64,000 nt of DNA from an uncultured Candidatus Saccharibacteria bacterium (GCA_964430945.1 CAYSHH010000001.1:6473-70472); one strand, 5' to 3'. Positions 1 through 9,996 are shown, counted from the first letter of the stretch. Notes: generated from the sequence alone by a model not told the origin. Numbers and translations: made by a program.

Positions 1-54
1 CTTCATCGGCTAAGTCTCCCAAGGCATCCACCGTATACTCTTAATGATGATTCT
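1..54 (-). rRNA. rrl: 23S rRNA, 5' end (continues beyond the window's left edge)
   Basis: Reverse complement reads AAGAGTATACGGTGGATGCCTTGGGAGACTTAGCCGATGAAG, matching the conserved 23S 5' motif (E. coli AAGCGTACACGGTGGATGCCCTGGCAGTCAGAGGCGATGAAG). The 5' boundary is approximate. Confidence 0.93.
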
Positions 55-194
55 AAGATAATCTTATAACTGCAAATACACTGAGTTTTTATTACCCAAA
101 TGATTTATTAATGTTCGTAAAAATTATGTGCAGACTTTAAAACAGGTGTAATAACACCAGTTTTAATAACACATTCATTAGTTGTCGTAAGGCT

Positions 195-222
195 ATATTA
201 ACAAATTTATTTTTTATGTCAA
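195..222 (-). promoter_or_regulatory. Putative sigma70 promoter for the stand-alone 23S rRNA gene
   Basis: TTGACA (222-217), 16-nt spacer, TAATAT (200-195) on the minus strand, about 140 nt upstream of 23S. Confidence 0.7.
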
Positions 223-266
223 GTACCTATAAAAATTATAGACAAAAAAATAAATAAATATACATT

Positions 267-1631
267 TTATACCCAACTAGGATGCATACTGTCATCTACA
301 TTATGAGCTTGTTGATCATCTTCATTTGATTCAGAAATTGTAGGAATTATTTGAATCTTCGGTTTATTTTTATCCATAGGAATATCGAGATTTATTCTTC
401 CGCTTTTCTTGAAAGTAAGATTGTTTTTCTTATATTGTTCATAAGATGTTTTGACTGCTGTAATTTTATAATTTCCAGGATTAGCAAGAAAATTGTATCT
501 ACCATTACTATCCGAGATCTGTGTTGAAACAAGTTTATTTTCTCTATTGAACAATCTTAGAATTACTCTATCGATAAATATATTTTCGTTTTTATCCTTT
601 GTTATACCGTAAGGTCGAGTTTTTCTTAATTTATAAAGTTCTAATATCCAGATTACAATATACAGACACGCAACAACCAAATTCAAAGTTGTTATATTCT
701 CATAAAGCGCCATGACAGCAAAAATTGTACCCAAAATTATGACTGGAATTCTAATTACATTAAAAAATTTAATAACTCCTGATAGTAAATTAATTCGACG
801 AGACAAAACTTCATGATCGGGATCTAAGGGTATCTTGTAAAGTAACTCTTGTTTTTGATTTACAACAAATGGAGTGCCATGATAGCCTTCAGTAGTAGAT
901 TTAGATGGAAAAGCATAATTAGATTTAATAACTTTTATATAATATTTCCCAGGACCAACAAATAACAAAAATCTACCTTCCTGGTCTGTAATTTGAGTAG
1001 AAAGAAGCTTATTGTATTCGTTTTCAAATATTTGTACTACTGCTCTTGATATTGGTGCATTTGCCTCTGCATCATAAACCATACCGTAACGCTCCTTCTT
1101 TTTACCAAAATCAAAAAGCGCCAAAAACCATGACCAGGCACTACCGAAAAGCGAGAGTATTGCTATACCACCAAAAAGTTGGGACAAAAGAAGTATTACT
1201 AAGGTAAGCGCTAAACCAACAGTCGCTAGTGGTATATTGAGTTCTTTAGCCAATTGACCCAAAGGTGTGTTGACACCCATCTTAATATCAAAGATAGTAC
1301 CCAAAATAGTAATATCTTCTCCAGTCGGTATCAAATTTTCAGCATCTATGATCGGCCCTAAGCTTATTGGTATTCCTCCGTCTGATTGATTGTTATTATC
1401 TCCTCCTCCGCCACTATTTGATACACTAGGCCAAAATACTATTTGACTCATGTCAGTAAGCATTCCGAATACTTGATAGTTCTCCGAACTACTACTTCCG
1501 CCACTATAATCAACTTGATCAGTAACGTTATATCTTTCCGAAGAAGCAGTATTGGCCATACAAAAAATAGGCAAAAACGTTGCCACTCCCAAAAGCACTA
1601 AAATATAAATTTGATTCACTCCTTTTTTCAT
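267..1631 (-). CDS. Secreted/membrane protein with two carboxypeptidase-regulatory-like (prealbumin-like) beta-sandwich domains
   Basis: N-terminal signal peptide, internal TM helices, two repeats of G.V.D....I....V.lf......l.stq.tD..GR..f...PG.Y.I...K..Y. Confidence 0.75.
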   Translation of the reverse strand: MKKGVNQIYILVLLGVATFLPIFCMANTASSERYNVTDQVDYSGGSSSSENYQVFGMLTDMSQIVFWPSVSNSGGGGDNNNQSDGGIPISLGPIIDAENLIPTGEDITILGTIFDIKMGVNTPLGQLAKELNIPLATVGLALTLVILLLSQLFGGIAILSLFGSAWSWFLALFDFGKKKERYGMVYDAEANAPISRAVVQIFENEYNKLLSTQITDQEGRFLLFVGPGKYYIKVIKSNYAFPSKSTTEGYHGTPFVVNQKQELLYKIPLDPDHEVLSRRINLLSGVIKFFNVIRIPVIILGTIFAVMALYENITTLNLVVACLYIVIWILELYKLRKTRPYGITKDKNENIFIDRVILRLFNRENKLVSTQISDSNGRYNFLANPGNYKITAVKTSYEQYKKNNLTFKKSGRINLDIPMDKNKPKIQIIPTISESNEDDQQAHNVDDSMHPSWV

Positions 1632-1644
1632 ATCACAAAATAAC

Positions 1645-3657
1645 TTATTGCTTAATAATAATATAACTAAAACTCATATTCTCACCTGCATTTGAAGAAG
1701 AAACAGTAAAACTTGTATTATCTACAATCGCACTTACCCAATATGATCCTTGTGGCTGACTAGTCGGGGTAATTAACACCAAGTCCCCAGTCTCAATATA
1801 AATATTAGATACAGTAATACTACCAACCGCCCAAGTCGCCCCAGTATCAGCACCCGTCCATCTGTTATTCCCATAAACTGATGCATTCAATTTAATCATG
1901 TTGTCAGTGTCTAATGTCGTACTAGCGGAAGCGTCAAAAACTAATTTAGTTGGATCAGTAATATCCCCCTTATAAGCCCTTAGTGACCCTCCATTTTGAA
2001 CATAGAGCTCTCCAGTAATGTTTTTTATATATATATTATTACCGATATATGTATCATTATTTCCTGCCCCACCATGTCCGATAAAAATATCACCCTGGAA
2101 TGTTTCACCAGCAGCCGCATCGTACCTACCGATGGATATATCTCCGCCACCAGTAGCACCTTGATTAACGATATCGCCAATATATACATTATCTGAGGCA
2201 CTAGCCGCTCTAATACGTATATTATCTGTTACACCTGCCACAACGCTAGCTTCGAAATTTGCATTTTGGACAGTCACTGTATCAGTGATACCTCCTTTTG
2301 TAAACAACAAATTTGCATCCGTTGGTCCAATCCCTATCCAATGTGCAGAATCCACATAAACATTATTTGATATTCTCATACCTAAAGAATCAACATACAT
2401 AGCATCTGCTCCATTAACATTCATATCATACGAACCTCCAGCGGGAATATTTACATCAACTCCAGTTGCTTCAACTGAAAAAATATCTACTTTTGTTCCT
2501 CCAACATCATAACCTAAACTAATTCGCTCAGTTGCACCAACTCCAAGACTAATATTACCGTCTGTATCAAATTCCCAATCACTACTACTAGTTTCGTATC
2601 CTATGAATGAATTACCGTCAAAAGTGACATAATGATCTGCTAATAAAAGATTTCCCGTCATTATCTCAACATTAGCTGTAGTATTATGAATTAAAAGTGC
2701 GTCTACACCGTCTACTGCCAAATCTAAATCTTGCCCAGCCCCTGCCTCAATGTAGGTTGCATTGGTTATACTTTGATCATTTAAATTTAAATTTACCGTG
2801 GCAATAGCTGCGCTTGGAACTATTTTCAACTGATTTGCATCAACCTCAAAAATATCGGAACCATTTATGCCAAATAAAATCGAATTTGAACCATAAGAAC
2901 TAACAGTGTTTACACCGAGAATATTATTATTATTAACATTTAATCCCACTCCTGAGCTAGGTAATATTTTTACAGCACTTGAGTTTATTTCTAAAATATT
3001 TGTTCCACCGATATCAAACTTTATACTATTACTCCCATATCCAGAAATTGTATTGATACTAGTTAAATTATGATTGTTTAAATTAATATTACTCGATAAG
3101 GTTGCTCCAGAAAAATCAATACCGCCAGACACGTTAAGGCCATCGTCAGCTTGCAAATAAGTTGCAGTTTTTATTGCCGACCCAATATTTATTGCTCCAG
3201 CCGAATCCAACACCAATATATCATCAGCCCCAGTACCAGCATTTTTACCATCTAGTTTCTTAGAATTAATCGAAAACGGCGATGCTCCAATTTGTGTTCG
3301 AGGACTCATTTCACTATCTGATCCAACTTTGATACCTAAATAGTACTCACTAGAATTAAAATCAAGAGTTATTGGATTGACATCTCCTAATATTACCGAA
3401 AAAATACCATTTTTGGTAGTCACACTTTGAGTTTCGGACCAAGCATTGTCAGATGCAGTTGAACTAGTATAAATACTAAATACTATGTTATAAGTCCCAT
3501 CCGACACAGTGTTTCCTGAACTATTGGTAAGTCTCCCTTGATAACTCAATTTCGAATCAGGCAAGGCATAAGCACTTTCCGAGTAACCAAAAAAAACTGT
3601 GAAAACAGTCAAAAACGCCAACATAACCAAAAATGATCCGAGGCCTTTCTCTTTCAA
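1645..3657 (-). CDS. Large exported surface/fibre-like protein
   Basis: SD AAGGAGG before a TTG start; signal peptide; YQGRLT..G....GTY...FSIY...W.ET......NG.F...LG N-terminal module; G/N/S/T-rich beta-repeat body. Confidence 0.75.
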   Translation of the reverse strand: MKEKGLGSFLVMLAFLTVFTVFFGYSESAYALPDSKLSYQGRLTNSSGNTVSDGTYNIVFSIYTSSTASDNAWSETQSVTTKNGIFSVILGDVNPITLDFNSSEYYLGIKVGSDSEMSPRTQIGASPFSINSKKLDGKNAGTGADDILVLDSAGAINIGSAIKTATYLQADDGLNVSGGIDFSGATLSSNINLNNHNLTSINTISGYGSNSIKFDIGGTNILEINSSAVKILPSSGVGLNVNNNNILGVNTVSSYGSNSILFGINGSDIFEVDANQLKIVPSAAIATVNLNLNDQSITNATYIEAGAGQDLDLAVDGVDALLIHNTTANVEIMTGNLLLADHYVTFDGNSFIGYETSSSDWEFDTDGNISLGVGATERISLGYDVGGTKVDIFSVEATGVDVNIPAGGSYDMNVNGADAMYVDSLGMRISNNVYVDSAHWIGIGPTDANLLFTKGGITDTVTVQNANFEASVVAGVTDNIRIRAASASDNVYIGDIVNQGATGGGDISIGRYDAAAGETFQGDIFIGHGGAGNNDTYIGNNIYIKNITGELYVQNGGSLRAYKGDITDPTKLVFDASASTTLDTDNMIKLNASVYGNNRWTGADTGATWAVGSITVSNIYIETGDLVLITPTSQPQGSYWVSAIVDNTSFTVSSSNAGENMSFSYIIIKQ

Positions 3658-3745
3658 AACCCCTCCTTAAAAGTAGGTTTATTTATTACAAATTTTTATA
3701 AATATATTATATCAAATATAGTCTATTTTCACCAAGTGTATCATT

Positions 3746-4000
3746 CTACCGAGAAGTTGGTTGATGATAATCATCAAGGCCAGTATTCCCCCAATTACCA
3801 AACTCAATTACACCCATAAGATATAAAAATCCTACAAGAATAACTCCGATCGCAATAAGTTTCCACATAGTGTAAGACCCCCCTCCACCAAGATGTTGCT
3901 CTGCCCAAACACTTTTACCGAAAGTTCGCACCAACGGCTCCGTATATTTCAATATTGCAAGCCCAATAACAAACATCGATAAAAATATAAGAAATTTCAT
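3746..4000 (-). CDS. Small two-TM conserved hypothetical membrane protein
   Basis: Two hydrophobic helices flanking W.E..LG.GGSY..WKL; AGGA-like SD. Confidence 0.7.
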   Translation of the reverse strand: MKFLIFLSMFVIGLAILKYTEPLVRTFGKSVWAEQHLGGGGSYTMWKLIAIGVILVGFLYLMGVIEFGNWGNTGLDDYHQPTSR

Positions 4001-4012
4001 AAGTCTATCCTC

Positions 4013-4501
4013 CTATTTAAATATTATCACTAATCCAACCGCTAAAACAACAAGCTGGACTATTACACCCCAGTACCAATATTTTTTATCTAATCTATAA
4101 TGAATCTTTTTATGAAAATTAATTAGCGGTGTTACTAGAGGAATTTTTCTTGTACTATCCAATCCCAATTTACCCCCAGAAAAACTAATTTGGAATATCT
4201 TATCTAAAAAATCTACCATGAAAGTTGCCATACCCCCCCAAATAACATTCACTTTCCCAGTATATCGATATGCAACATAAATTAAAATTAATCCAATGAA
4301 AATATCACTTCCGACTAAACACCAGTCCCAGAAATCAAATACGATTCCTTTTTCAGGATTTCCATGTCTTACGCCACTATCATAATGAGGAAGCATATCT
4401 AAAATATAATGACTTGCTACAGACAGAACTACTACCAAAAAAGTACCATCAAGTACATCTCCAATAGCTGATCCAACTGCAATATGTGGTGTTATGAGCA
4501 T
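4013..4501 (-). CDS. Membrane-bound metal-dependent hydrolase-like protein (YdjM/DUF457-like)
   Basis: N-terminal TPH..VG, SHYILDMLPH and FH..IH His motifs within TM segments. Confidence 0.65.
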   Translation of the reverse strand: MLITPHIAVGSAIGDVLDGTFLVVVLSVASHYILDMLPHYDSGVRHGNPEKGIVFDFWDWCLVGSDIFIGLILIYVAYRYTGKVNVIWGGMATFMVDFLDKIFQISFSGGKLGLDSTRKIPLVTPLINFHKKIHYRLDKKYWYWGVIVQLVVLAVGLVIIFK

Positions 4502-4533
4502 AAAACGTCCAATATCTAATTTAATAAATTATA

Positions 4534-5424
4534 TCAAAATAAACTATTTTGTTTTATCTGTTTATTGTATTTATTATTAATAATATTTGCATCAATTTGA
4601 ACAATATGAGAAATCCAAGGGTGCAAATCAATAACAAATTGGCTATTTGATGCTTCGACGACCAAGAAGCTCCCAATCATTGCAATTCCACTACCAGAAA
4701 TATAGTTATTTTTGACAATATCTGGGTCTCTCAAAACATTATTTTCTAAATAATAGTTGTCAAATACCTCAATTTTATTATTAATATCTAAATCAAATTC
4801 CTTCGATATCTCATTTTTCATGTCATTAAGTTTTTCTTTTGCTAATTTGGAATCATAATTATTGATAACCAATTGAATCTTTTTATTTCTACTTACGACT
4901 TCTGGCACAGATAAAAATTTGTGTGTATACTCTTCTATCTCTCTTGCGTCATAGGCATTGTCGCATGTCTTAATTATTATTGCACACCTAGCACCTTGTT
5001 CCAACAACCTCCGACGAATTCTTGGTGCATAAGCGATACCAACTTTGTTCACACCATATCCGAAATTAGCTAAATATACACTATGGGGTTTATTGTTTCT
5101 TTTCTGCTGTTTTAAAGATATATAATCAGCATTATAAAATGCTGGATTAAAACCCTGTTTTCTTTTGCACTTATCACACAATGTATATTTGGGGTGAAAA
5201 ATTTCACTTTTTTCAGGACAAGGATAAAAACCATCAATCGTCATGTCATATCCTCCAATACAATACTTTTTACTAGTTTTTCTAATAGTAAATTTTTGAT
5301 TTCTAATCGAAAAATGATATCTTTTCATATCTCCAAAAATCATATCCAAAACTAAAAATGGTCCTTCTTTTTTATGAAAACCATATCCAGAAAATAAATA
5401 TTTTTTCTCAAAATTAATATTCAT
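4534..5424 (-). CDS. DUF2797 domain protein
   Basis: YCIG...CP...LC.KC Zn motif, HSVYLANFG..KVGI and RLLEQGA motifs. Confidence 0.8.
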   Translation of the reverse strand: MNINFEKKYLFSGYGFHKKEGPFLVLDMIFGDMKRYHFSIRNQKFTIRKTSKKYCIGGYDMTIDGFYPCPEKSEIFHPKYTLCDKCKRKQGFNPAFYNADYISLKQQKRNNKPHSVYLANFGYGVNKVGIAYAPRIRRRLLEQGARCAIIIKTCDNAYDAREIEEYTHKFLSVPEVVSRNKKIQLVINNYDSKLAKEKLNDMKNEISKEFDLDINNKIEVFDNYYLENNVLRDPDIVKNNYISGSGIAMIGSFLVVEASNSQFVIDLHPWISHIVQIDANIINNKYNKQIKQNSLF

Positions 5425-5466
5425 AATACAAATAATCTATAAGTGTATTGTAAGTTAAATATCTCA

Positions 5467-5497
5467 AACAAACAAAATGGCTCCTTTATAGGAGCCA
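5467..5497 (-). terminator. Intrinsic terminator
   Basis: TGGCTCCT-ttat-AGGAGCCA stem followed by a T-rich tract on the minus strand, just after the 5503 stop. Confidence 0.65.
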
Positions 5498-5502
5498 ATA
5501 TT

Positions 5503-6099
5503 TCATAAAAGAATTTTTAACATTGGGATTAAATAATCCCAATTGTCAAACTTAAATACACAATCTTGCTTCAAATCGTAATTATATCCCCTCAGAAACA
5601 CTATCCTTCTCCATTTGGGAACATATTGACCAATAATATTTCTAGGAACATCATCTATAAGTAAATCACCCTCGAATAATGTCTTGTCGCTCATAAATAA
5701 AATATTATCCATTAGTTCTGGAAAATATTTATTAATCAGATATATTTTATCAGCTACATTTGTCTGTGATCTAGACATTGGATTTGTGACAAAGTATATC
5801 TTGGCACCTAATTTATAAAGGAGTTTTATAGTTTTAACTGCACCAGAAATAGGAGCCATTTCCCTTGCAAATCCATCCGCATAATATATATTGTCCAAAA
5901 TATCCCAAAAATATTTAGGAAAATTCTCCCTCAAAGGAAATTTTTTTATATCATACAACTGCATCCTTTTTAGAATATCAAACGTTTGATAAAAAATATC
6001 AAGCGTCAATCTATCAAAATCAAAAACAGTATTATCAAGATCTATTCCGATAATCATTCCTTTGATCATCGATAAAAAATTCTTATTCATATTACTCAC
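5503..6099 (-). CDS. 5'(3')-deoxyribonucleotidase, NT5C/HAD family
   Basis: HAD motif I DLDNTVFDF, FVT, K, and DLLIDD.P.N motif IV. Confidence 0.8.
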   Translation of the reverse strand: MSNMNKNFLSMIKGMIIGIDLDNTVFDFDRLTLDIFYQTFDILKRMQLYDIKKFPLRENFPKYFWDILDNIYYADGFAREMAPISGAVKTIKLLYKLGAKIYFVTNPMSRSQTNVADKIYLINKYFPELMDNILFMSDKTLFEGDLLIDDVPRNIIGQYVPKWRRIVFLRGYNYDLKQDCVFKFDNWDYLIPMLKILL

Positions 6100-6207
6100 C
6101 CCGTATTTTTAATAAAACAAATTAGCCTTAAGGTAACAGAATACTCAAAATAAAAAAAGCTTCAAGCAAATAATATTGCGTGAAGCTCGAATTCAAAGTT
6201 TCCTTCA

Positions 6208-6627
6208 TTAACTGCGGATGATTATTACATCCCTGTTATTTATCTGGATTTTGCCTTCATCTAATACTACATCATCAACCTCACAGATATTCTTACCCCA
6301 AGGCTGATTTCTCACATTATTTACAAGTTTATCCTTAGCCTCCTGGTCTTTGCCGTTCATGATCATAACTGGAAAAATATCAACCAGAGAGATCTCAATA
6401 AGCTCATTTTTTGAGTACATGTGCCAGACACAATAAAAATAATTTCTGTACTCGCCAGTTGCGCCAGTGTCTTCATCAAATTCATTTCGCTTTGTCAAAA
6501 CTGCAAAATGATTATCATCGACATAAAACAATGCGATCGCAGACTCGTGAAGCTCATGGTCCCAAGTATAGTTGCGCCATTCTCTATCGATGTGTTCAAA
6601 TATCATTCGATAATTATCAACACACAC
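6208..6627 (-). CDS. Hypothetical protein
   Basis: 139-aa ORF, SD AAGGAGGTG before GTG, hairpin plus T-tract at 6152-6187 downstream. Confidence 0.65.
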   Translation of the reverse strand: MCVDNYRMIFEHIDREWRNYTWDHELHESAIALFYVDDNHFAVLTKRNEFDEDTGATGEYRNYFYCVWHMYSKNELIEISLVDIFPVMIMNGKDQEAKDKLVNNVRNQPWGKNICEVDDVVLDEGKIQINNRDVIIIRS

Positions 6628-6781
6628 TACCTTTCACCTCCTTATAGAAAATTAATTCTCCTCCTTTCAAAAATTATTATTAAATTACAATTATAATCAT
6701 CCAAAACAAAACTACACTAAATTAAGCAAAAAATCAATCATTTTCAATTCATTTAAATTCAATCTTGTATGACCAAACGAC

Positions 6782-6807
6782 AAATACTCAGCAGAAGCTG
6801 AGTATTT
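6782..6807 (-). terminator. Terminator hairpin after tRNA-Ala
   Basis: AAATACTCAGC-agaa-GCTGAGTATTT perfect 11-bp stem. Confidence 0.7.
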
Positions 6808-6813
6808 CTCGTT

Positions 6814-6889
6814 TGGTGGACCCGACAGGACTCGAACCTGCCACCTCCACAGTGCAAATGTGGCGCTCTACCAGATGAGCTACGGGCCC
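6814..6889 (-). tRNA. tRNA-Ala(TGC)
   Basis: GGGCCCGTAGCTCATCTGGTAGAGCGCCACATTTGCACTGTGG...GTTCGAGTCC...GGGTCCACCA; anticodon TGC, G3:U70, encoded CCA. Confidence 0.97.
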
Positions 6890-6905
6890 TCGCATAATTA
6901 TTAAC

Positions 6906-6981
6906 TGGTGCGCATGGGAGGAATTGAACCTCCGACCTCGTCATTATCAGTGACGCGCTCTAACCCCTGAGCTACATGCGC
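6906..6981 (-). tRNA. tRNA-Ile(GAT)
   Basis: GCGCATGTAGCTCAGGGGTTAGAGCGCGTCACTGATAATGACG...GTTCAATTCC...ATGCGCACCA; anticodon GAT, encoded CCA. Confidence 0.97.
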
Positions 6982-7003
6982 AAGAATTCATTTTAGTAAA
7001 ATA

Positions 7004-7032
7004 ATAATAACAGAAGTACCTAAGAGTTTCAA
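7004..7032 (-). promoter_or_regulatory. Putative promoter for the tRNA-Ile/tRNA-Ala pair
   Basis: TTGAAA (7032-7027), 17-nt spacer, extended TGtTATTAT (-10 at 7009-7004). Confidence 0.7.
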
Positions 7033-7034
7033 GA

Positions 7035-9548
7035 TTAAATATTATTCTTGTCAATTTTTATTGTCTCACCCTTTTTTACTTCGCCCGATATCATTTCCTT
7101 GGCAACAAGATTCTCCACTTTTTCTTGAATCAGCCTTCTTAGTGGCCTTGCTCCAAACAGGGGATCATATCCCTCTTCTGCTAATTTGTTTATTGCCCCA
7201 TCAGAAATCTCAAGTCTAATATTTTTCTCAGCCAAATCGTCATGAAGACTTTTTATCATAAGTTTTACAATTTGAATAATTTCCTGGATATCAAGTGGTT
7301 TATAGCACACAACTTTATCAAATCTGTTGATAAATTCCGGTCGAAAAATGCCTTGCGAAAGTAAATAATCAACAATTACCTTTCCTAAAGCATTGGCTGA
7401 TATATTACCTTCCAAATACTGTCTGATCTTTTCACTTCCGGCATTTGAAGTACAAATAATTATTGTGCTCGTAAAATCAATAGTTTTTCCAGCAGCATCA
7501 GTAAGTCTTCCCTCGTCCAAAACTTGCAATAACAAATTTAAAATATTTGGGTGTGCTTTTTCGATCTCATCAAAAAGTATCAATGTATATGGATTATTTT
7601 TTACGCCTTGTGTAAGTCTGCCTGGAACGTATTCTCTTCCGCTTTTTGTTCCTATCAAACGATCAATAGTATTAACTTCCTGAAATTCACTCATATCAAA
7701 TCTGATCATATTCTTTTCTGAACCGTAGTACGCTTCGGCCAAAGCACGAGCAGTTTCAGTTTTTCCGACTCCAGTAGGACCAATAAATAAAAAACTTCCG
7801 ATTGGTCTTTTTTTACCAGCAATACCAGCTCTAGCTCTTCTCAAAGCATCAGCAACTGCATCGATTGCTTCTCTTTGACCAATAACCCTTTTATGTAAAA
7901 TATTTTCCAAATTAAGCAATCTCTCCTTCTCCTCTTCTTCAACTTTTCCAACAGGCATTTTTATTTTGCGACTCATAAAATCGTTGATATAATCTACATC
8001 TACAATCTTTTCATTACTTTTCTGAGCATTTATTCCAACTTCACTTAGGAGGTCAACCGCTTTTTGCGGAAATGACTCATCATGAATATATCTCGACGCA
8101 AGTTCAATCAACGTCTTTACTGCCTGATATTTAAAAACAATTCCATGTTTTATTTCTATAAAAGATATAAGATGTTCAATACTTGGGATAACTTCTTCTT
8201 TACTCATCTCCTTTACTTCAATTTTATTAAACAACGTTTCTAGGCTAGTATTCGCCTGCATTTTTCCTTTGAAACTATCATATGAAATACTAGCAATAAC
8301 ATTGATTTCACCAGATTCTAGATAAGGCACTAAAAACTCAGCAGCATTAACTGTTCCCATCTCTCCCAGATAATTTCCTATCAAATGATCTATTTCTTTT
8401 ACAAAAAGAATTATATTTCCGGCATAAGTTGTTTCATTGAATACTGCCAAAAACCTAGCTTCAAGCTCGCTTTTTGAATTTACACCAGCCAAGATTTTAT
8501 TAATATCCAATTGGAATAAGTGTTTGTAGTTCAAACTTGGATATGATTTCCCTCTTCCAATTTTTTGTGCAAGTGAATTTACTAAGGTTGTTTTTCCAAC
8601 ACCCGGATCCCCAATAAGAAGGATATTATTTCTACCTGATTTTGCTAAATCGTCTTCAATAGTTTTAATTATCTCTTGCCTTGTTTGAGACTGATATTCT
8701 AGTTTGGCATCTATAAGATATTGTGAGATATCAGTGCAATACATATTGAGATATGGTGTATATCCCGAAGCCCAATCTTGACCTATACCTGCAGGATAAT
8801 AATCCTTTTGCCAATAATATTTCTTCTTACTTTCCAACAATGTTCTTTCAGTCCAAGACAAAATATTTTTTAAATCATTTTCTTTTATATCAATGTCATT
8901 GAGTACATGCGAAAAAATCTGCAAATTCTTGTAAAGTGACATGACAAGATCTGAAAAATTGATATTTGTGTGATTGCTTGCCAATGCTTCCTTGTCACAC
9001 TGATTCAAGAAATTTTTATTTTGTATATCGAGCTGATCTTGAGCGTTTGCAGACAAACTTTTCATTTCATCTATTAGACTCTTTCTAGTCGCATCGTCAA
9101 CGATAAAACCAGATCTGATAGCAAATACTCTACCAATATCCGTTTTATCCAAAGCTACCAAGATAGCCATAAGATTAATTTCTCGAACATTGTTTTTTCT
9201 AGAAATATCTATAGCTTCACCTAAAATTTCAATATTTTTTTCATTAAAATAATCAAATAAATTCTCACTTGTTTTTTTTTGAATATTTAAATTGTTTTGT
9301 ATATGAGTACCAAATTTTACATATATGTTGATGAGAAAAATAAAAATTCCAAAACCCAATACAATATAAAGCAAAGATCTTATTTCTGGATTTACTAAAT
9401 TGCTATTCCTAGCCAAAATTAAATAAGCAAAGGATGATATCCCAGCAAAATATATTAGATAGCCAAAAAAACTAACCCAAAAACTTCCAAAAGTTTTTCG
9501 TAGTCTGTAAGCTTCATAAGATTTTGAACTCAAAAAATCTTTAATCAT
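7035..9548 (-). CDS. Clp/Hsp100-family AAA+ ATPase with N-terminal transmembrane helices
   Basis: Two AAA modules (GDPGVGKT; GPTGVGKT, LFDEIEKAH, FRPEFINR, GARPLRR). Probable start ATG 9548 overlaps the upstream TGA (ATGA). Two hydrophobic helices in the first 80 aa. Confidence 0.9.
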   Translation of the reverse strand: MIKDFLSSKSYEAYRLRKTFGSFWVSFFGYLIYFAGISSFAYLILARNSNLVNPEIRSLLYIVLGFGIFIFLINIYVKFGTHIQNNLNIQKKTSENLFDYFNEKNIEILGEAIDISRKNNVREINLMAILVALDKTDIGRVFAIRSGFIVDDATRKSLIDEMKSLSANAQDQLDIQNKNFLNQCDKEALASNHTNINFSDLVMSLYKNLQIFSHVLNDIDIKENDLKNILSWTERTLLESKKKYYWQKDYYPAGIGQDWASGYTPYLNMYCTDISQYLIDAKLEYQSQTRQEIIKTIEDDLAKSGRNNILLIGDPGVGKTTLVNSLAQKIGRGKSYPSLNYKHLFQLDINKILAGVNSKSELEARFLAVFNETTYAGNIILFVKEIDHLIGNYLGEMGTVNAAEFLVPYLESGEINVIASISYDSFKGKMQANTSLETLFNKIEVKEMSKEEVIPSIEHLISFIEIKHGIVFKYQAVKTLIELASRYIHDESFPQKAVDLLSEVGINAQKSNEKIVDVDYINDFMSRKIKMPVGKVEEEEKERLLNLENILHKRVIGQREAIDAVADALRRARAGIAGKKRPIGSFLFIGPTGVGKTETARALAEAYYGSEKNMIRFDMSEFQEVNTIDRLIGTKSGREYVPGRLTQGVKNNPYTLILFDEIEKAHPNILNLLLQVLDEGRLTDAAGKTIDFTSTIIICTSNAGSEKIRQYLEGNISANALGKVIVDYLLSQGIFRPEFINRFDKVVCYKPLDIQEIIQIVKLMIKSLHDDLAEKNIRLEISDGAINKLAEEGYDPLFGARPLRRLIQEKVENLVAKEMISGEVKKGETIKIDKNNI

Positions 9549-9907
9549 ATTATTAACCCTCGATAAATCAGATAAATAATTAAAAATGGTAAACTCAACC
9601 ATGTAATAAAAATAATAATGAAAGCAATAATAGATAAAATTATTATTATATACCCAGCCATGATAGTAAGTGATCTTATCAAAACCCCCATAAATCTAGA
9701 TATTATATTTATTGCAAACATATTCAATCGTTCCTGAAGTGATGGATTCACTATCTTAGAAATATCTTTTTTCCAAGGCAGAAATAAAGTTCGCATCAAA
9801 AAATCAATAGAAAATTGATGATACAAATACGCAATTGTTTTTTGAAATATAAATATAATTTTTTTTGGCGCCTCAATAAATTGCCAACCAAAATAACTTC
9901 CTATCAT
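9545..9907 (-). CDS. Conserved small membrane protein coupled to the Clp ATPase
   Basis: TLFLPWKKD and ISRFMGVLIR motifs, long C-terminal hydrophobic segment, AGGAGGTG upstream. Confidence 0.8.
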   Translation of the reverse strand: MIGSYFGWQFIEAPKKIIFIFQKTIAYLYHQFSIDFLMRTLFLPWKKDISKIVNPSLQERLNMFAINIISRFMGVLIRSLTIMAGYIIIILSIIAFIIIFITWLSLPFLIIYLIYRGLII

Positions 9908-9963
9908 AGCACTTAGTACACCTCCTTAATTATAATATGTCTACTTAATCATATCAGAACAAT

Positions 9964-9995
9964 AAAAAAAATCCCATACAAGATGAGATTTTTTT
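9964..9995 (-). terminator. Intrinsic terminator ending the 16S transcript
   Basis: A-tract/ATCCCAT-loop-ATGAGAT/T-tract hairpin immediately after the 16S trailer. Confidence 0.65.
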
Positions 9996-9996
9996 A

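Noticed and set aside
6759-6944. 61-aa ORF
   Set aside because: Overlaps tRNA-Ala and tRNA-Ile
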